Positions 1 to 14,100 of a stretch of DNA of 64,000 nucleotides are shown here, piece after piece. The translations under genes and the position numbers were made by a program. Positions within the stretch are counted from its first letter, which is position 1; the number at the start of each line of letters is the position of its first letter. The notes below the pieces were generated by a model. That model searched no databases. It was not told the origin of the DNA and saw only the letters and a list, made by a program, of their open reading frames with translations. The stretch is from Antedon mediterranea (taxonomy: Eukaryota; Animalia; Echinodermata): NCBI RefSeq assembly GCF_964355755.1, contig NC_092676.1, positions 501,788 to 565,787 on the forward strand, read 5' to 3'.

Positions 1-268
1 GTTTTTGTTTTCATTTTTAATCACTTGATTATGACATCATGAGGAGAAATTAGTTTCTGTAGTGGTAATATTCAGGTTAGTTAGCAAAGTACACTGCAAT
101 ATTTAAGTACCTGTTGTAAGTTTCTAATACCAGTATATACTTGTGATTGATTTTAAGCAATCTTTAACAAGAGGTAAGGGTGAGTACAATGACATGTATT
201 TATAGCAGACAATAGCATTATTGTTGTAGGTTGAATAGCAAACAAACCCCTGCAGATATTGATTAAAG

Positions 269-627
269 CTTGTGGCCTCATACTACAGTACTCCAGGCCT
301 TACAAACTACAGTGAGGGTTTCTTGTGGCCTCATACTACAGTACTCCAGGCCTTACAAACTACAGTGAGGGTTTCTTGTGGCCTCATACTACAGTACTCC
401 AGGCCTTACAAACTACAGTGAGGGTTTCTTGTGGCCTCATACTACAGTACTCCAGGCCTTACAAACTACAGTGAGGGTTTCTTGTGGCCTCATACTACAG
501 TACTCCAGGCCTTACAAACTACAGTGAGGGTTTCTTGTGGCCTCATACTACAGTACTCCAGGCCTTACAAACTACAGTGAGGGTTTCTTGTGGCCTCATA
601 CTACAGTACTCCAGGCCTTACAAACTA
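269..627. repeat. 53-bp tandem repeat, about 6.8 identical copies
   Basis: Unit cttgtggcctcatactacagtactccaggccttacaaactacagtgagggttt; copies start at 269, 322, 375 and so on. Confidence 0.97.
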
Positions 628-3600
628 GTAAGACCACAGTAATGTATGTACACATGTGTCTATGTTTTACTGGAATTATAGTTTCAAGGTTTGGACATTT
701 TTGCAATTTTGTTTTCATTTAGAATTTTGTATAGCAAAGTACATGGCTTTTGGTCCCCAACCATACACTGGTCTTTCTACTTGTATATTAGTACTTATTT
801 TTTACTGGAGGTAGTACTTCACAATGTGGTAATTGTTGAAAGGAAGCCTACTGACGTGTCTACTACAATTACTGTATTTAGAACAGTCTCAGAGTGGATT
901 ACTGTTAGTAGTCAGGTTGTAATGTTTAAAAAAAAAGGCAATACATGCCAACACGCTTAAAAAATATAAATTACAAGGGATACATTATTGAAATGATCTT
1001 TGATTCACAGTTAGTGTTGAATTCCAAGAAATATGTTTCCTCAAATATATTTTATAATAAAGGCATTTTAGTAAAATAATCTGAAAGCATTAGTATTGCA
1101 CTTAAATCAGTAAAACTTAAAATAAGTATGGTATCTGTTGTCAGCTTATTGAATTGATATGAATTGATAGAATCCGTTTTACACAGTTTGTCATTTATGT
1201 GAGATCTTTAGTATGTTCTCAACTGAAAGAGCCTACAGTAATTATGAGTTTTATACGTACGTACTTAATATATTAAGCGATTAGAATTTTAATTTAAGCT
1301 TTCATTCTCAATCTTATGTTGGTACCCCTCACAAAATAAATTGTGAATCTGGAACATTTTTTTTTATTTGACGATGTCATTTAATTTGTATTACTGTATA
1401 TTTGACATACTTTTAAGCTCACATTTTGTATCTTATGTTGGTATCGTCATAAAAATAATCCTGGATGTGAATTTTCCAATTTTATTTTGCCTGATACATG
1501 TGAGTAACTTTACCAACCAACTCATTAAGGATCTAGCAATATTATCCTACATTAATTCATTCCTTTAAGCTAGAAATTTAAGATCAAACATAAAGATTGA
1601 AAAATGACGGTAATAAATCATAGATTGTGGAATGTTTGAATGAAGTATTAAAATCTTGAGGAATTAAAGTCCATAAGGTGTTTACGGTACACACCAAATG
1701 ACCGTAGAATGTCATTGCCTTTAAAACTACTCAAGTTTATGTAAAAATAAAATACATTTTTTCTCTCTAGCGATGGATGTACAAACTTTTAAAATAGAAT
1801 ATTTTGTTAAATTTTCATCATCAAGAACACTGTCACCTTACAACACAGTACACTAGACAAGACTTAATTTCCAGTCAGAGTTTAATTTTAACTTTGATTT
1901 TTAAACAATAATTAAATGTTTTAAATTGTCTACTAAGTGAGAATGGATGCGTACCTCATTGATTATAATACAAATGATAATAGAAAATGTATTACAATAA
2001 TTAATAGTATTTGATTCTTATCTATGATTCATTTATTCTACATTTTAACAAAATTATTAAATCAGTTAAATTTTTTATTCATTAATAATTTTTTTTAATT
2101 GTCTATTTTGTTTTATTTAGTAATGAATTTCTTTTTATTAAAAAAAAAATCAAATATGTCCATCTATATTAAGATTTATCACAGTTTTTAATCTGTATTT
2201 GATAAAATTTCATTTAATGATTATTTCATAATAATTGTGTTAATATTAACACTGAATCTTATCTGGTAGGCTTGAACTTGAGAGGCGGCAGTGAGTATTT
2301 CCATTCAATTTTAATTGACCTCCATTTGTGTGTGAAATTCCATTTGTCTGCGCCACAATAGAAGCTACGGCAGCGCAATTGATGATTGAAATGAATTATG
2401 GGCTTGAATCTAAGGACAATAGATTGATTGTAATAAAAATGAAAATGTCCTGTTATTAAAATATGACAAAGGAAGTGATGATTGTGTTTTGTGTGGGTTT
2501 TTGTTTGTTTGAATTTAAATCAAGAATTAATAGAAATATGTCTCATTTACTTTCTATGTGTTTAATAAGTGGGTGTATTTATATTATATTAAGTAATTTG
2601 CTCACAGTAAGTTCATTGTGGTTTTTAAAATAAAAAGCATTTCTTTAAATATTTATTGTTACTAAACTTAAATATTAGTCTTGAGTTATTATTGATTTGA
2701 ATAATGCAGAAATGGCAATTTTAATACATTTTTAAAGATTGCTTTTCTAGGTGATCTTTATTATATTTATTTTTGTCTACATTTTATTAATATAATTAAT
2801 TAGTATATGCATATAAACTGTTCTAGTTCAAATATGAGGGTGATTCCTTTACATAGGCAGGATGTGCTGACTCACTAGCCCCTCCTAATTTCTTTGGAAT
2901 TCCATCTTTGACAAAAGGTAAAAAAAACCTTTAGGAATGTGGTTAATGACATCACATGACCACAAATTGTTAGGAATACCACAATGTACTGTTATAGAAC
3001 ACATAGTATTTAGCACACCTATTGTCTGTTGGATTAGAAAGAAGGTTTTGATCATAGCACTACCGGTTGCCTTAGAGGAAAGGCATATAGTAATCATAGT
3101 AAGAGGCTAGCTACTGATAATATTGAACACTGCTTGCTGACTGGATAATTACAAATATCTGTCTACAGGTTATTACTATCAATTCAAAGGAATTATAATT
3201 TTGTGTGTTTTAGGAATATTTTCTTGGAAGTATACTGTACAAAAGGTAAATAGTTGAAGGGACAAAAGAACCATTGTTATAAATAGAACATATTGTTTTC
3301 AAGTGGTAATAATTAATTTATTAATGAAGTTTAAAATACATGGAACCAGCATGTAATAGTGGTGCATTATAATTAAACCAGGGTTATATATTCCATCTAG
3401 ACATTGGAATCTGGATTTAATACATCACTTATTATGTGTACATAGATAGAAATGACTTACAAGATAAATTGTCACAACATTTTCAGTGTTTCTGCTGTAC
3501 ATTCATAGGGTACTGATAGAGATCCCTGTATAAACAAACAGAGTTTTATCAATCTAATATAAACTTGTTAAAAATTCCATTAAAAATACATTATTATTCC

Positions 3601-5161
3601 AATCTGGGAAATTCTTTTTGCAGTGGCAAACTCGCATAAGCAGACAAACAAAATATATTCAAAATACACTAAAAGTAATACACAATTTGCACAACATTAA
3701 GAGTACCGTTTTAAATTCTATATTTAAAGTATTAAATGCAATTGGATGAGTTTAAATTAAAGTTAGTAGTATATAATTATTCAGTGCTGTATAGAACTTT
3801 TTTAATTTTCTTTATTCATAATAAATTCACTGGTAGGTGATAGACTTATGAACAACAACATGCAGTCTCCAGAGAGTATGTACATTGTATGTGATTGTGT
3901 AGCTATTATACAAAGAAAGGCGAACATACTGTTTTAATGAATCACATTATAGACAATAATTAATAAGCCATTTAAAATGTATTTATATGACCCTCCTTGG
4001 AGTTGGCTGTGGCCTGGGGTGTTGACGCTTTAAAAATAAAGTAAACTTTTTGTACTGTCACATTTTAAGGTAACCGTCTGCTGTTACAGGGATATTTTTA
4101 TATTTAGTTTAATCATGGAGAAAAAAAAATCCTACCTTATTTCTCCATGGTTAAAATCAGTTTATTGAAATATAACCACAGTTTTAAAGTACTTGGGGCA
4201 AATAATACTATTCTGTAGTGTCTTTATTTATATGTGAAGTTGGCAATAACATTTTTATAGAATTTCGGCACTACGGTACTGTAAATTCAGCTTGGAGGAA
4301 ATAATTAATTTTTTTTTATTCAATAACTCAGCAGATGCTTTTTTATAAACTAGAATAGAATAACTGTAAATAAACGAGTTTTGTCACAAATTTTGTTAAG
4401 ATAAAGAAAATTACAAGAAACCTATTTAAATAATATTTGTATTAAAATTAGATGAAATTCTATGAATGAGATGAATAAAGTGTCGTTGACCCCAAGGGTG
4501 TCCTTGGTGGTATTACATTAATCTGTGTCTTGTGTATTCCATATCTTCTGGGGTTAATAATAACTTCCTTGATATCTGTATGTCAGGCAGCCTTTTACAG
4601 TCCAAGGTGCTATGCTACAATATATCATCTTTATTGCCGAAGGCTACAAACATTGCATTGTTGATAATTGTTGTAAAATGTAATTTTACTAAAAAACATG
4701 ACAGATGGTAGAAGTCTGAATGATGTTTTTAGAACAATCATGGATTTTAAAGTGGTATTATGGAGCTTAGCAAGAGTGTTGTCAGAAGTTAATAAGTATG
4801 AATTTATGAACCATAAGGATTTAGGGAAGAAGAGGAAATATTTTATAATTTCACAATGTGTAGATGAAAGTAGATGGAAAGTATAGTAGTATGGCAGACG
4901 TCTGTCACAAACAACAATGTCAAATAGATAGACGCCTTTTCGGTTTGTTGATGGTCGTGTTTTATCCCATTTTGAAAAATGGATCGCCAGTTAGAAACTT
5001 ATATTTCTTGGCAAAAAACGCAATTAAAAAAAAGTTCAAAAACATGGTTTTTTTAAAGTCCAACTTAACTATTTTTCTTATGATTAAATTTTATGAATGT
5101 TGATATTTTTCAGATCTTTTGAGACATAGAAGAGAACAGAAATAGAAGGATTAAGTGGATA

Positions 5162-8100
5162 ATGCCGCATAGACAAAATGGTGATACGGAATTAATCAAT
5201 GCCGTACGACAAGCTAATCATGATATAACCTATGAACCTGAGGCAGCTGCTAGCATCTTACGTTCAGTACAAGCACAGGTATTTACTTTTAATCCGGTTC
5301 TTTTTTCTTAGTCACGTAAAGCTCTGTCTACACTATCAAACTACAGTAGTGTGATGTGCCCAAATATGGTAGTGATATTCCCAAATATGGTAGTGATATT
5401 CCCTAATATGGTAGTGATATTCCCAAATATGGTGTAGTGATATGACATGTCCATGGATACATCACATTTTCTTGTTACATAAAGTTTGATAGTGTAGACA
5501 AAGCTTTAGATCTTGGTGTGCTTGTGGAACACTGTAATATTGTTTGATTATTTGTCAATTTAACATATTGCCATTATTGTAAATCTTAGCCTTTAGTTGT
5601 AATGTAAATAATAGAATCTAAAATTACAAAAGCCTATTAATTTGCTACCTCAAGAATGTGATAAACTGCTTATGGTAGCAAATGTTACAAGTTTAACTGT
5701 TAGTGCCATAGTTTAATTTGGTACTTCAATTTATTTTGAGAAAACCTAGAATATGGTTTCATTTACATTTTTATTGTTTTACATCAGTGGCATATCACAG
5801 CTCATATTTCTTTCTGCACTCATTTTAACCAATAAACGAGTTCAAAGTTTAGCGGCAGCATCAGATGTGTAAGAAAACGAAACAGTAACATTTCAATTAT
5901 CTTGTTTAAACAAACCATAGGAAGCTATATATTTCAAAATATTTTCTCTTTCAAAAAACTGTAACTAACCAAACATTTTCAGGAAGCACAATTTGAGGAA
6001 CTTACACGACAATTGGAGTTAGAGAAGAAACGAGTAGCTGAGCAGTTAGATCAAAGCACGTTTGTGGATGATTCTAGTCTTAAAAGTATTAGGTAAGTAT
6101 TTAAGACATTCTGAAAATGCTAGATGCTAAACAGCTACCACAGCAATCACTAGGTATCACTCACCCATACCCTTACACTGTAGATACCCTGCTGATGCAG
6201 ACTTATTCAATGTACTGTAAGACTGGGTATAATCCATACCCTTACACTGTAGATACCCTGCTGATGCAGACTTATTCAATGTACTGTAAGACTGGGTATA
6301 ATCCATACCCTTACACTGTAGATACCCTGCTGATGCAGACTTATTCAATGTACTGTAAGACTGGGTATAATCCATACCCTTACACTGTAGATACCCTGCT
6401 GATGCAGACTTATTCAATGTACTGTAAGACTGGGTATAATCCATACCCTTATACTGTAGATACCCTGCTGATGCAGACTTATTCAATGTACTGTAAGACT
6501 GGGTATAATCCATACCCTTACACTGTAGATACCCTGCTGATGCAGACTTATTCAATGTACTGTAAGACTGGGTATAATCCATACCCTTATACTGTAGATA
6601 CCCTGCTGATGCAGACTTATTCAATGTACTGTAAGACTGGGTATAATCCATACCCTTACACTGTAGATACCCTGCTGATGCAGACTTATTCAATGTACTG
6701 TAAGACTGGGTATAATCCATACCCTTACACTGTAGATACCCTGCTGATGCAGACTTATTCAATGTACTGTAAGACTGGGTATAATCCATACCCTTACACT
6801 GTAGATACCCTGCTGATGCAGACTTATTCAATGTACTGTAAGACTGGGTATAATCCATACCCTTACACTGTAGATACCCTGCTGATGCAGACTTATTCAA
6901 TGTACTGTAAGACTGGGTATAATCCATACCCTTATACTGTAGATACCCTGCTGATGCAGACTTATTCAATGTACTGTAAGACTGGGTATAATCCATACCC
7001 TTACACTGTAGATACCCTGCTGATGCAGACTTATTCAATGTACTGTAAGACTGGGTATAATCCATACCCTTATACTGTAGATACCCTGCTGATGCAGACT
7101 TATTCAATGTACTGTAAGACTGGGTATAATCCATACCCTTATACTGTAGATACCCTGCTGATGCAGACTTATTCAATGTACTGTAAGACTGGGTATAATC
7201 CATACCCTTATACTGTAGATACCCTGCTGATGCAGACTTATTCAATGTACTGTAAGACTGGGTATAATCCATACCCTTACACTGTAGATACCCTGCTGAT
7301 GCAGACTTATTCAATGTACTGTAAGACTGGGTATAATCCATACCCTTACACTGTAGATACCCTGCTGATGCAGACTTATTCAATGTACTGTAAGACTGGG
7401 TATAATCCATACCCTTACACTGTAGATACCCTGCTGATGCAGACTTATTCAATGTACTGTAAGACTGGGTATAATCCATACCCTTATACTGTAGATACCC
7501 TGCTGATGCAGACTTATTCAATGTACTGTAAGACTGGGTATAATCCATACCCTTATACTGTAGATACCCTGCTGATGCAGACTTATTCAATGTACTGTAA
7601 GACTGGGTATAATCCATACCCTTACACTGTAGATACCCTGCTGATGCAGACTTATTCAATGTACTGTAAGACTGGGTATAATCCATACCCTTACACTGTA
7701 GATACCCTGCTGATGCAGACTTATTCAATGTACTGTAAGACTGGGTATAATCCATACCCTTACACTGTAGATACCCTGCTGATGCAGACTTATTCAATGT
7801 ACTGTAAGACTGGGTATAATCCATACCCTTACACTGTAGATACCCTGCTGATGCAGGCTTATTCAATGTACTGTAAGACTGGGTATAATCCATACCCTTA
7901 CACTGTAGATACCCTGCTGATGCAGACTTATTCAATGTACTGTAAGACTGGGTATAATCCATACCCTTACACTGTAGATACCCTGCTGATGCAGACTTAT
8001 TCAATGTACTGTAAGACTGGGTATAATCCATACCCTTATACTGTAGATACCCTGCTGATGCAGACTTATTCAATGTACTGTAAGACTGGGTATAATCCAT

Positions 8101-11100
8101 ACCCTTACACTGTAGATACCCTGCTGATGCAGACTTATTCAATGTACTGTAAGACTGGGTATAATCCATACCCTTACACTGTAGATACCCTGCTGATGCA
8201 GACTTATTCAATGTACTGTAAGACTGGGTATAATCCCATGCTTGAGTATAATCCTATGGATAATCCAACCACATAATTTAGGATAAATTGAGACACAAGA
8301 TTAGCTAAATCTATTTTATTAACCCAACTTTAATCCCATCCTCTAATTTTCATTCAATCATTGTAATTTATCTTTTTCTCTCTTTTACACAAAATGAATC
8401 AAATCATTCTATACTGCTGTTAACACTAGTATAAACAGATCTTTCTAAATCCTCTGAACAGTACCATGTTGTTAATTCAATGAGCCCAATTTACTGAGAA
8501 TAATCAAACAGATTTATTTATTCATAGAATATTTAATTGTTGATGCGTGAAGCCTGTAATGCATGTATGAATATTACAGGAAGTAGCCTGCTTGAGAGGT
8601 TGATCCGTGGACACTTCTGCTACAAATATCACAAATTGGTGAACACTAATAGAACTAAAGTTAATGTCTTTGATTATTTACAGTGAAACAAATGATTCAT
8701 TTTCTTGGAGACGTTCAGGTCAAGACGAATCGCATTTAGGAGACGAGACCGAAACAGAACTTAGCAGCCATTTAGTTGACTCTTGCTTGTAAGTATGCAC
8801 TTTAAAGGCCAAAGTACGTACTCAGCCGACCAATTTCTTTAACAAATTTGTAAATTAAGAAATAGAAACAGCGTTCTGTTGAGCATTAGCAATGCATCAA
8901 TGATCCGAGGATTTCAGATAAAATAATAGAGCGTTTTATTTGTTGCGTTTGAGCAAAACAGAATATCTTCTGCACAAAAAAAAGACGTATTTTTACTGTA
9001 ATGTTTCATACTTCAACCGATATTTCTAAATGAATGAGATATATCCCAATTGCAATTAAGCATGTAATAGTAAAACATAGAATAGTGTTCAAGCTCCAAA
9101 TGCGATATTATCATGAATATTCAACATGACTTAATTACATTAAGCTTTAGCTTAACCTTCAGTCTAAGTCTTTAGTTATTCATTACATCATTTCATGATT
9201 TAATATATGATTGAGTTCTTTTTTTTGAATGACTGACTACCTTATTGTAGATTCTTATCCTGGTTAAACAATCACCTTTAAATGCTTAGGTGGCAATAAT
9301 CTTTTAGATTGTTTCCTGTGGTTTTAAACGTAAATTCACACACAATGTCATATCCGTTAAATAATAACAATTCTTATATCTTTATTGTGTGTAAACTGTT
9401 AACAATAAACGTATGACGTCTTTCCAAACCTACCATTACAATAATTATTCAAATTGCTGAAAGAGATTCATTTTATGAAATTAAAACTAATATATTATTT
9501 GACCTTCTTCTACCATTATCCTGAATCAATCTAGAGATTTAATTTTTCTTTCTAATTATGTTTAAAATTTGCTATATATCGACATGATGATGTCATATCA
9601 CTACCATATTTGGGCATAGCACTACTATATTTGGGCACAAACTAGTTTGATAGTGTAGACAGAGCTTTACTACTACCATACCCATTACTTAACCAGCTAA
9701 GTCAAGACTACAACCTACAACAGCAGAGTCTACTTCTTACCACCAATTTACCCTCAATTTATTTAACCTAGCTGCTGTGACCTCATCACTTGCTTATAAA
9801 TCTAAGAACGCATTCTTTAAAGACCAAAAGTTAAGTTTATATTTTATGATGATGATACCGCCAAAGTTGAAGAAGTTCACTCTTTAAATTTATGGGTATA
9901 ATGATCAATTCTATTATGAACTTTGATGTTTTAACTATTTTGTATGAAATCTACAATATCACTAACAGCACATTAAATATTTTCTTTAGAATTTTAACGT
10001 TTCCAGTCCATTGTGCTATAGTGCTTCTGTTTTATAATATTTTCCAAATGCATTGACGACGTCGTCGTCAACAAAAAGATTGACTAAAAGGCATGTTGTT
10101 GACAAGTGCTGTGCTGTATTGTGCCATAGGCAGCACTCAGCAGTCCATTTATTGCTCAAGATTAGGATATAAAAGTAATGCTAGCTATACTCGTAATACT
10201 TAAAGATGAATTCTTGCAAACATATATCATTTAATATTCCGGAAAATATAAAAATATTATCCTTTTACTATGTGTCATTAAGAAATTTCATCACCACAAG
10301 TTGATGGTTTCCCAAAACTGATCAATTAGACTTCTTCTTCCTTTAATTTTCCATCTATTTTTACCATCAATTGCACGTTTTACCAGACCATCTTGAAAAT
10401 AATGTAAATAATAAAAAAATATGTTTGGCATTTAATACAGTGTTCAGTATATCAATATCTTAGGAATTATTTTTTTTATTTCAACCATCTTTAAAGAGGA
10501 TACTCTAAAAGCATTCCAGTTTAGCCCAGTTGGTTAACTGATATTCGTGGTCCCTCTATTAAGTTTTCCTCAGTTTCCAGTTGGCTTGAGGATGATAATA
10601 TGTACCTTTTACCTTGTCCATGTCTTCGAATAAGTGGTTTATTGTATTGTATCCTTAAATTTACAACGCCTTTAGCCGTCTGTGTGTTAGCCTAATCAAC
10701 AGTCCATTAAACTCCAAGACCAAGGCACCTGTCAAATTAATGCACCATTAGCAACAAAATTTGCTAAACGAAAATCATTACAGCAGTTTATAGATTGAAT
10801 AGTTTTGATAGGAGAGTTAAAAGTGGTTAGTCATTGTATTTCATTCTCATTTGAAAAAAGTGACTAATACTAATATACATTATGCCCTAAATAATATTAA
10901 ATGATACTAATATCATGGCTGTACTTTTGTTCTGCAGAAATTCCCAAACTTGATTATTGTGGAAAATATTTCTGGTGTAAAACCTATTTCTTATTTTGAA
11001 AATTCAAAGTTTGAAATTACATATTTTTAAAATAATTTTTTTTTTTTTGAAATTTTTTATCTTGAAACTTTTTTTGAATTTTTGAAATTTAAATTTTATA

Positions 11101-14100
11101 TATGTCTATTTTTTAAATGATTTGTTTTTTATAGGAGAGCATTAGAAGAAAAACAGATTACAGACCCAAATGAGCACATGACCACTTTTCATTATCCGAC
11201 CTCTGACATGGACAATTCACACTTTACTAATGGAAAAAGTTCAGATTATATGAGAGGTAAGTGGAAAACATCATAAATAACAAACTTTATGGTTATGATC
11301 ATCAAAGGTTAAAAAAAAAATGTTGATTTTCTTTTATTTCTTGAATTATTTTTAACTATGTAACAATTTTATAACAAATCAGTGTAAAATTAAAGAAAAT
11401 ACAACATTTAAAGTGATATCAGTTTGTTTCATATTCTACACATATCCATGTGAATGAAGGTCAGAATAAAAGTAATCACTTCACAAATCCTGTTAAATGC
11501 TGTTTCTTTAATTGCAGTGCCACCAGTAACATAAATGTATGGAAATGTTTAATGTGTGTGGATAAACTTTACTTGTGTTTCCCATTATAATGACTTACAT
11601 AGGGTGAATAACCTTTAACTCTAACCATTGTTTTACTTAAGAACATCAAGTTCCACAGCTGTGTGACTCAGTTTATTTATTTACGTTTCTTTTTTATTTT
11701 AACTGCTTTCATCCCAGTGTTTAGTACTGATTTCCTAATGGTAAATTTATAATTTTTCAAAGAGGAGAGAAAGAGATAGTGGTGTTGACGTGATGATTAT
11801 TGTAAAAAAATCTAATAAAAATTAGTATAAGTTTAAATTAAATTAATAAATGATGTTGCTCAAAATAACATTTTTGGTTTCACAATCATGATTTCAAAAA
11901 TATAATAGATACGAAAGTAATACTATTATTAAAAGTTAATATTATTATTATTATTATTATTATTATTAAAAGTTCAGAAACTGTTGATAATTGTATAGTA
12001 TCAATAAATAATTCTATAAAGGAAGAAAAATACTAAAAATAGAAGGAAAAAAAAAACAAACCAGGACACAAACTTTGCTGCTGTCATAGGCAGGCAGGCA
12101 GGCACTGTCCTAAACTCTCCTAATACCATTAAATAAAATGATAAATTGAGCATTTACTATTTCAGATAACTACATGGCAATGAATGGGAGTGATGATTAT
12201 GAGCGAGTACCTGAAGCACAAATAGGATCAATGCAGGTAATGTTGAAATGTCTCATGTAAATACTGGCATCTCAAATATTTAGGATTTAACTGGAGTCCT
12301 CTTTTGAGTTTTTAGGAATGCCCTTTAGTTTATTTATGATTGTCCTGGAAGACTCCGGGACCTCTGGTGTCTTCTTCAAGAAAACATAACTAATCTTCCA
12401 AAATAAGCAAATTGTTCCGGAAATCTGAGAGAAATAATAGTTTCGGATTGCAGGCATAAAAGTTATGGTTATGAATACTGAAATGCTTTTTTTTTTAAAA
12501 CTTGCAGAGACACGGCCAATATGATGGACATCACGGTTCCACAGGATCTTTACCACGCAGCATAGACGACTATTCAGCCTCACCAGCACATCATCCACAC
12601 ATGGACGATTATCACCATCCATACGACAGAGAAGAATATAGCTCACGTGGAGACTACGAACCACACAGGGAATATGAACCACAATCAGACTACCGCAACC
12701 CACCACCAGCCGATGGATACGTGGATGACCGATACGGCCGCCACTCACCGGATTATGTGTCCGGATCTCAGTTAAGACATCCCGATTATCCGTATAACGG
12801 ACCACCGTCGCCAGTTGGTAGTGACCGGTTCAGACAAGCACCAGCAAGGTACAGCGATGATGGATATATGCCAGAGGAACAGTACGGTAGGGGACCGGAA
12901 GCGTACCGAGCACCGTCACCGCAAGGTAGTGAGCGATTTAATGAGAGGTATGTTGGAACACCTCCTGGAACGTACGCACCGCATTTTGACGATCAATACC
13001 GAGATTCACCTACTTTACCACGTAATGGAAATTATCGTAAGTTATTTTTATGTTCAACTCTTCAAAAACATGTCCACAACCTCATTTTTGGTGCAGGTTT
13101 TTCGAGACTATAGTTATAAAAATATTTAAAATCTCGTCTTTTTATTAATTTATTACATTTTTTGTATAGTTGTTGAACTTTCAGTTGTATGCATGGTTAA
13201 TATGTACTTTTTAATAATTTATATTTTTTGTTTTGTTTTAATTATGATTGTTTATTTTTCATTTTGTTTATCCCTGCATGCAACATGTTATTTGTTAAGG
13301 TGTTCATGATACTTATGGTCCTTACCCTTCTCCTCATTCCAATGCTGTTGACCAAATATGGGATATGTTACCAGATGAAGACCCATATCAGAGTGAGGTT
13401 CAATATTTGCTTGATGTGTGTTTGTTGTTTGATAAATTTATATAAATCGTGAAGAATCATTCTCAGCGCTATTAATGAAAAGTGTGAAAATTTGAGTATT
13501 CTATAAATGTTGATGTTAAGATGCAATTACTATTTCTTTTATTCAAAGCTGTTTGAGTACGAGTTATGGAAAAAAAGCTAGAAAATATATATTCAAAATA
13601 AATTTCATAATTCATACTTTCTTGACTAATCAACTAATACTGCCGTTCCTTAACTTGCTTATACCTAATATTAACCTTTGTGTATGTAGTATTTATAAAT
13701 ATTTTGCTGTTTTTAAACACAGTGTTTCCGTACATTCAATGCCAAAATGAACAGCTAGATTTTCTGAACATTGTGAAACGAAATGGAAACGTTTCTAAAA
13801 TTGTGTATTAAATTGATAAATAGCTGCTGTTTCATGTTTTGAATCATGTAATTGTACTAGTAATACCTGTTGTGATTATGATGATTATATTCTGCTGAAG
13901 CAGAGTAGGCTTCTTAAGTGTTAAACTGATGATTGTTGAGTTGGGTTTTATGTGAAAGCTCCAACATTAAATAATGGCAATGAAACATGCATTGTTTTTG
14001 CCTCTATCATATACACATAGTATGGTAACTATTAGTCTATTTGCTTACTATGTTTTGCATAGTGATGTCAGCTTACTATATTGACCTAGGTGTCCAGGTC

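Noticed and set aside
6165-6233. Hammerhead ribozyme in the satellite unit (ctgatg)
   Set aside because: It reads CTGATGC rather than CUGAUGA and has no GAAA core.
6157-8211. 684-aa minus-strand ORF and 719-aa plus-strand ORF as genes
   Set aside because: Both arise from a 69-bp (multiple of 3) intronic tandem repeat and have no recognisable domain or splice connection.
12287-12805. 172-aa minus-strand ORF
   Set aside because: It is the antisense shadow of the GC-richer catenin exon 12508-13036.
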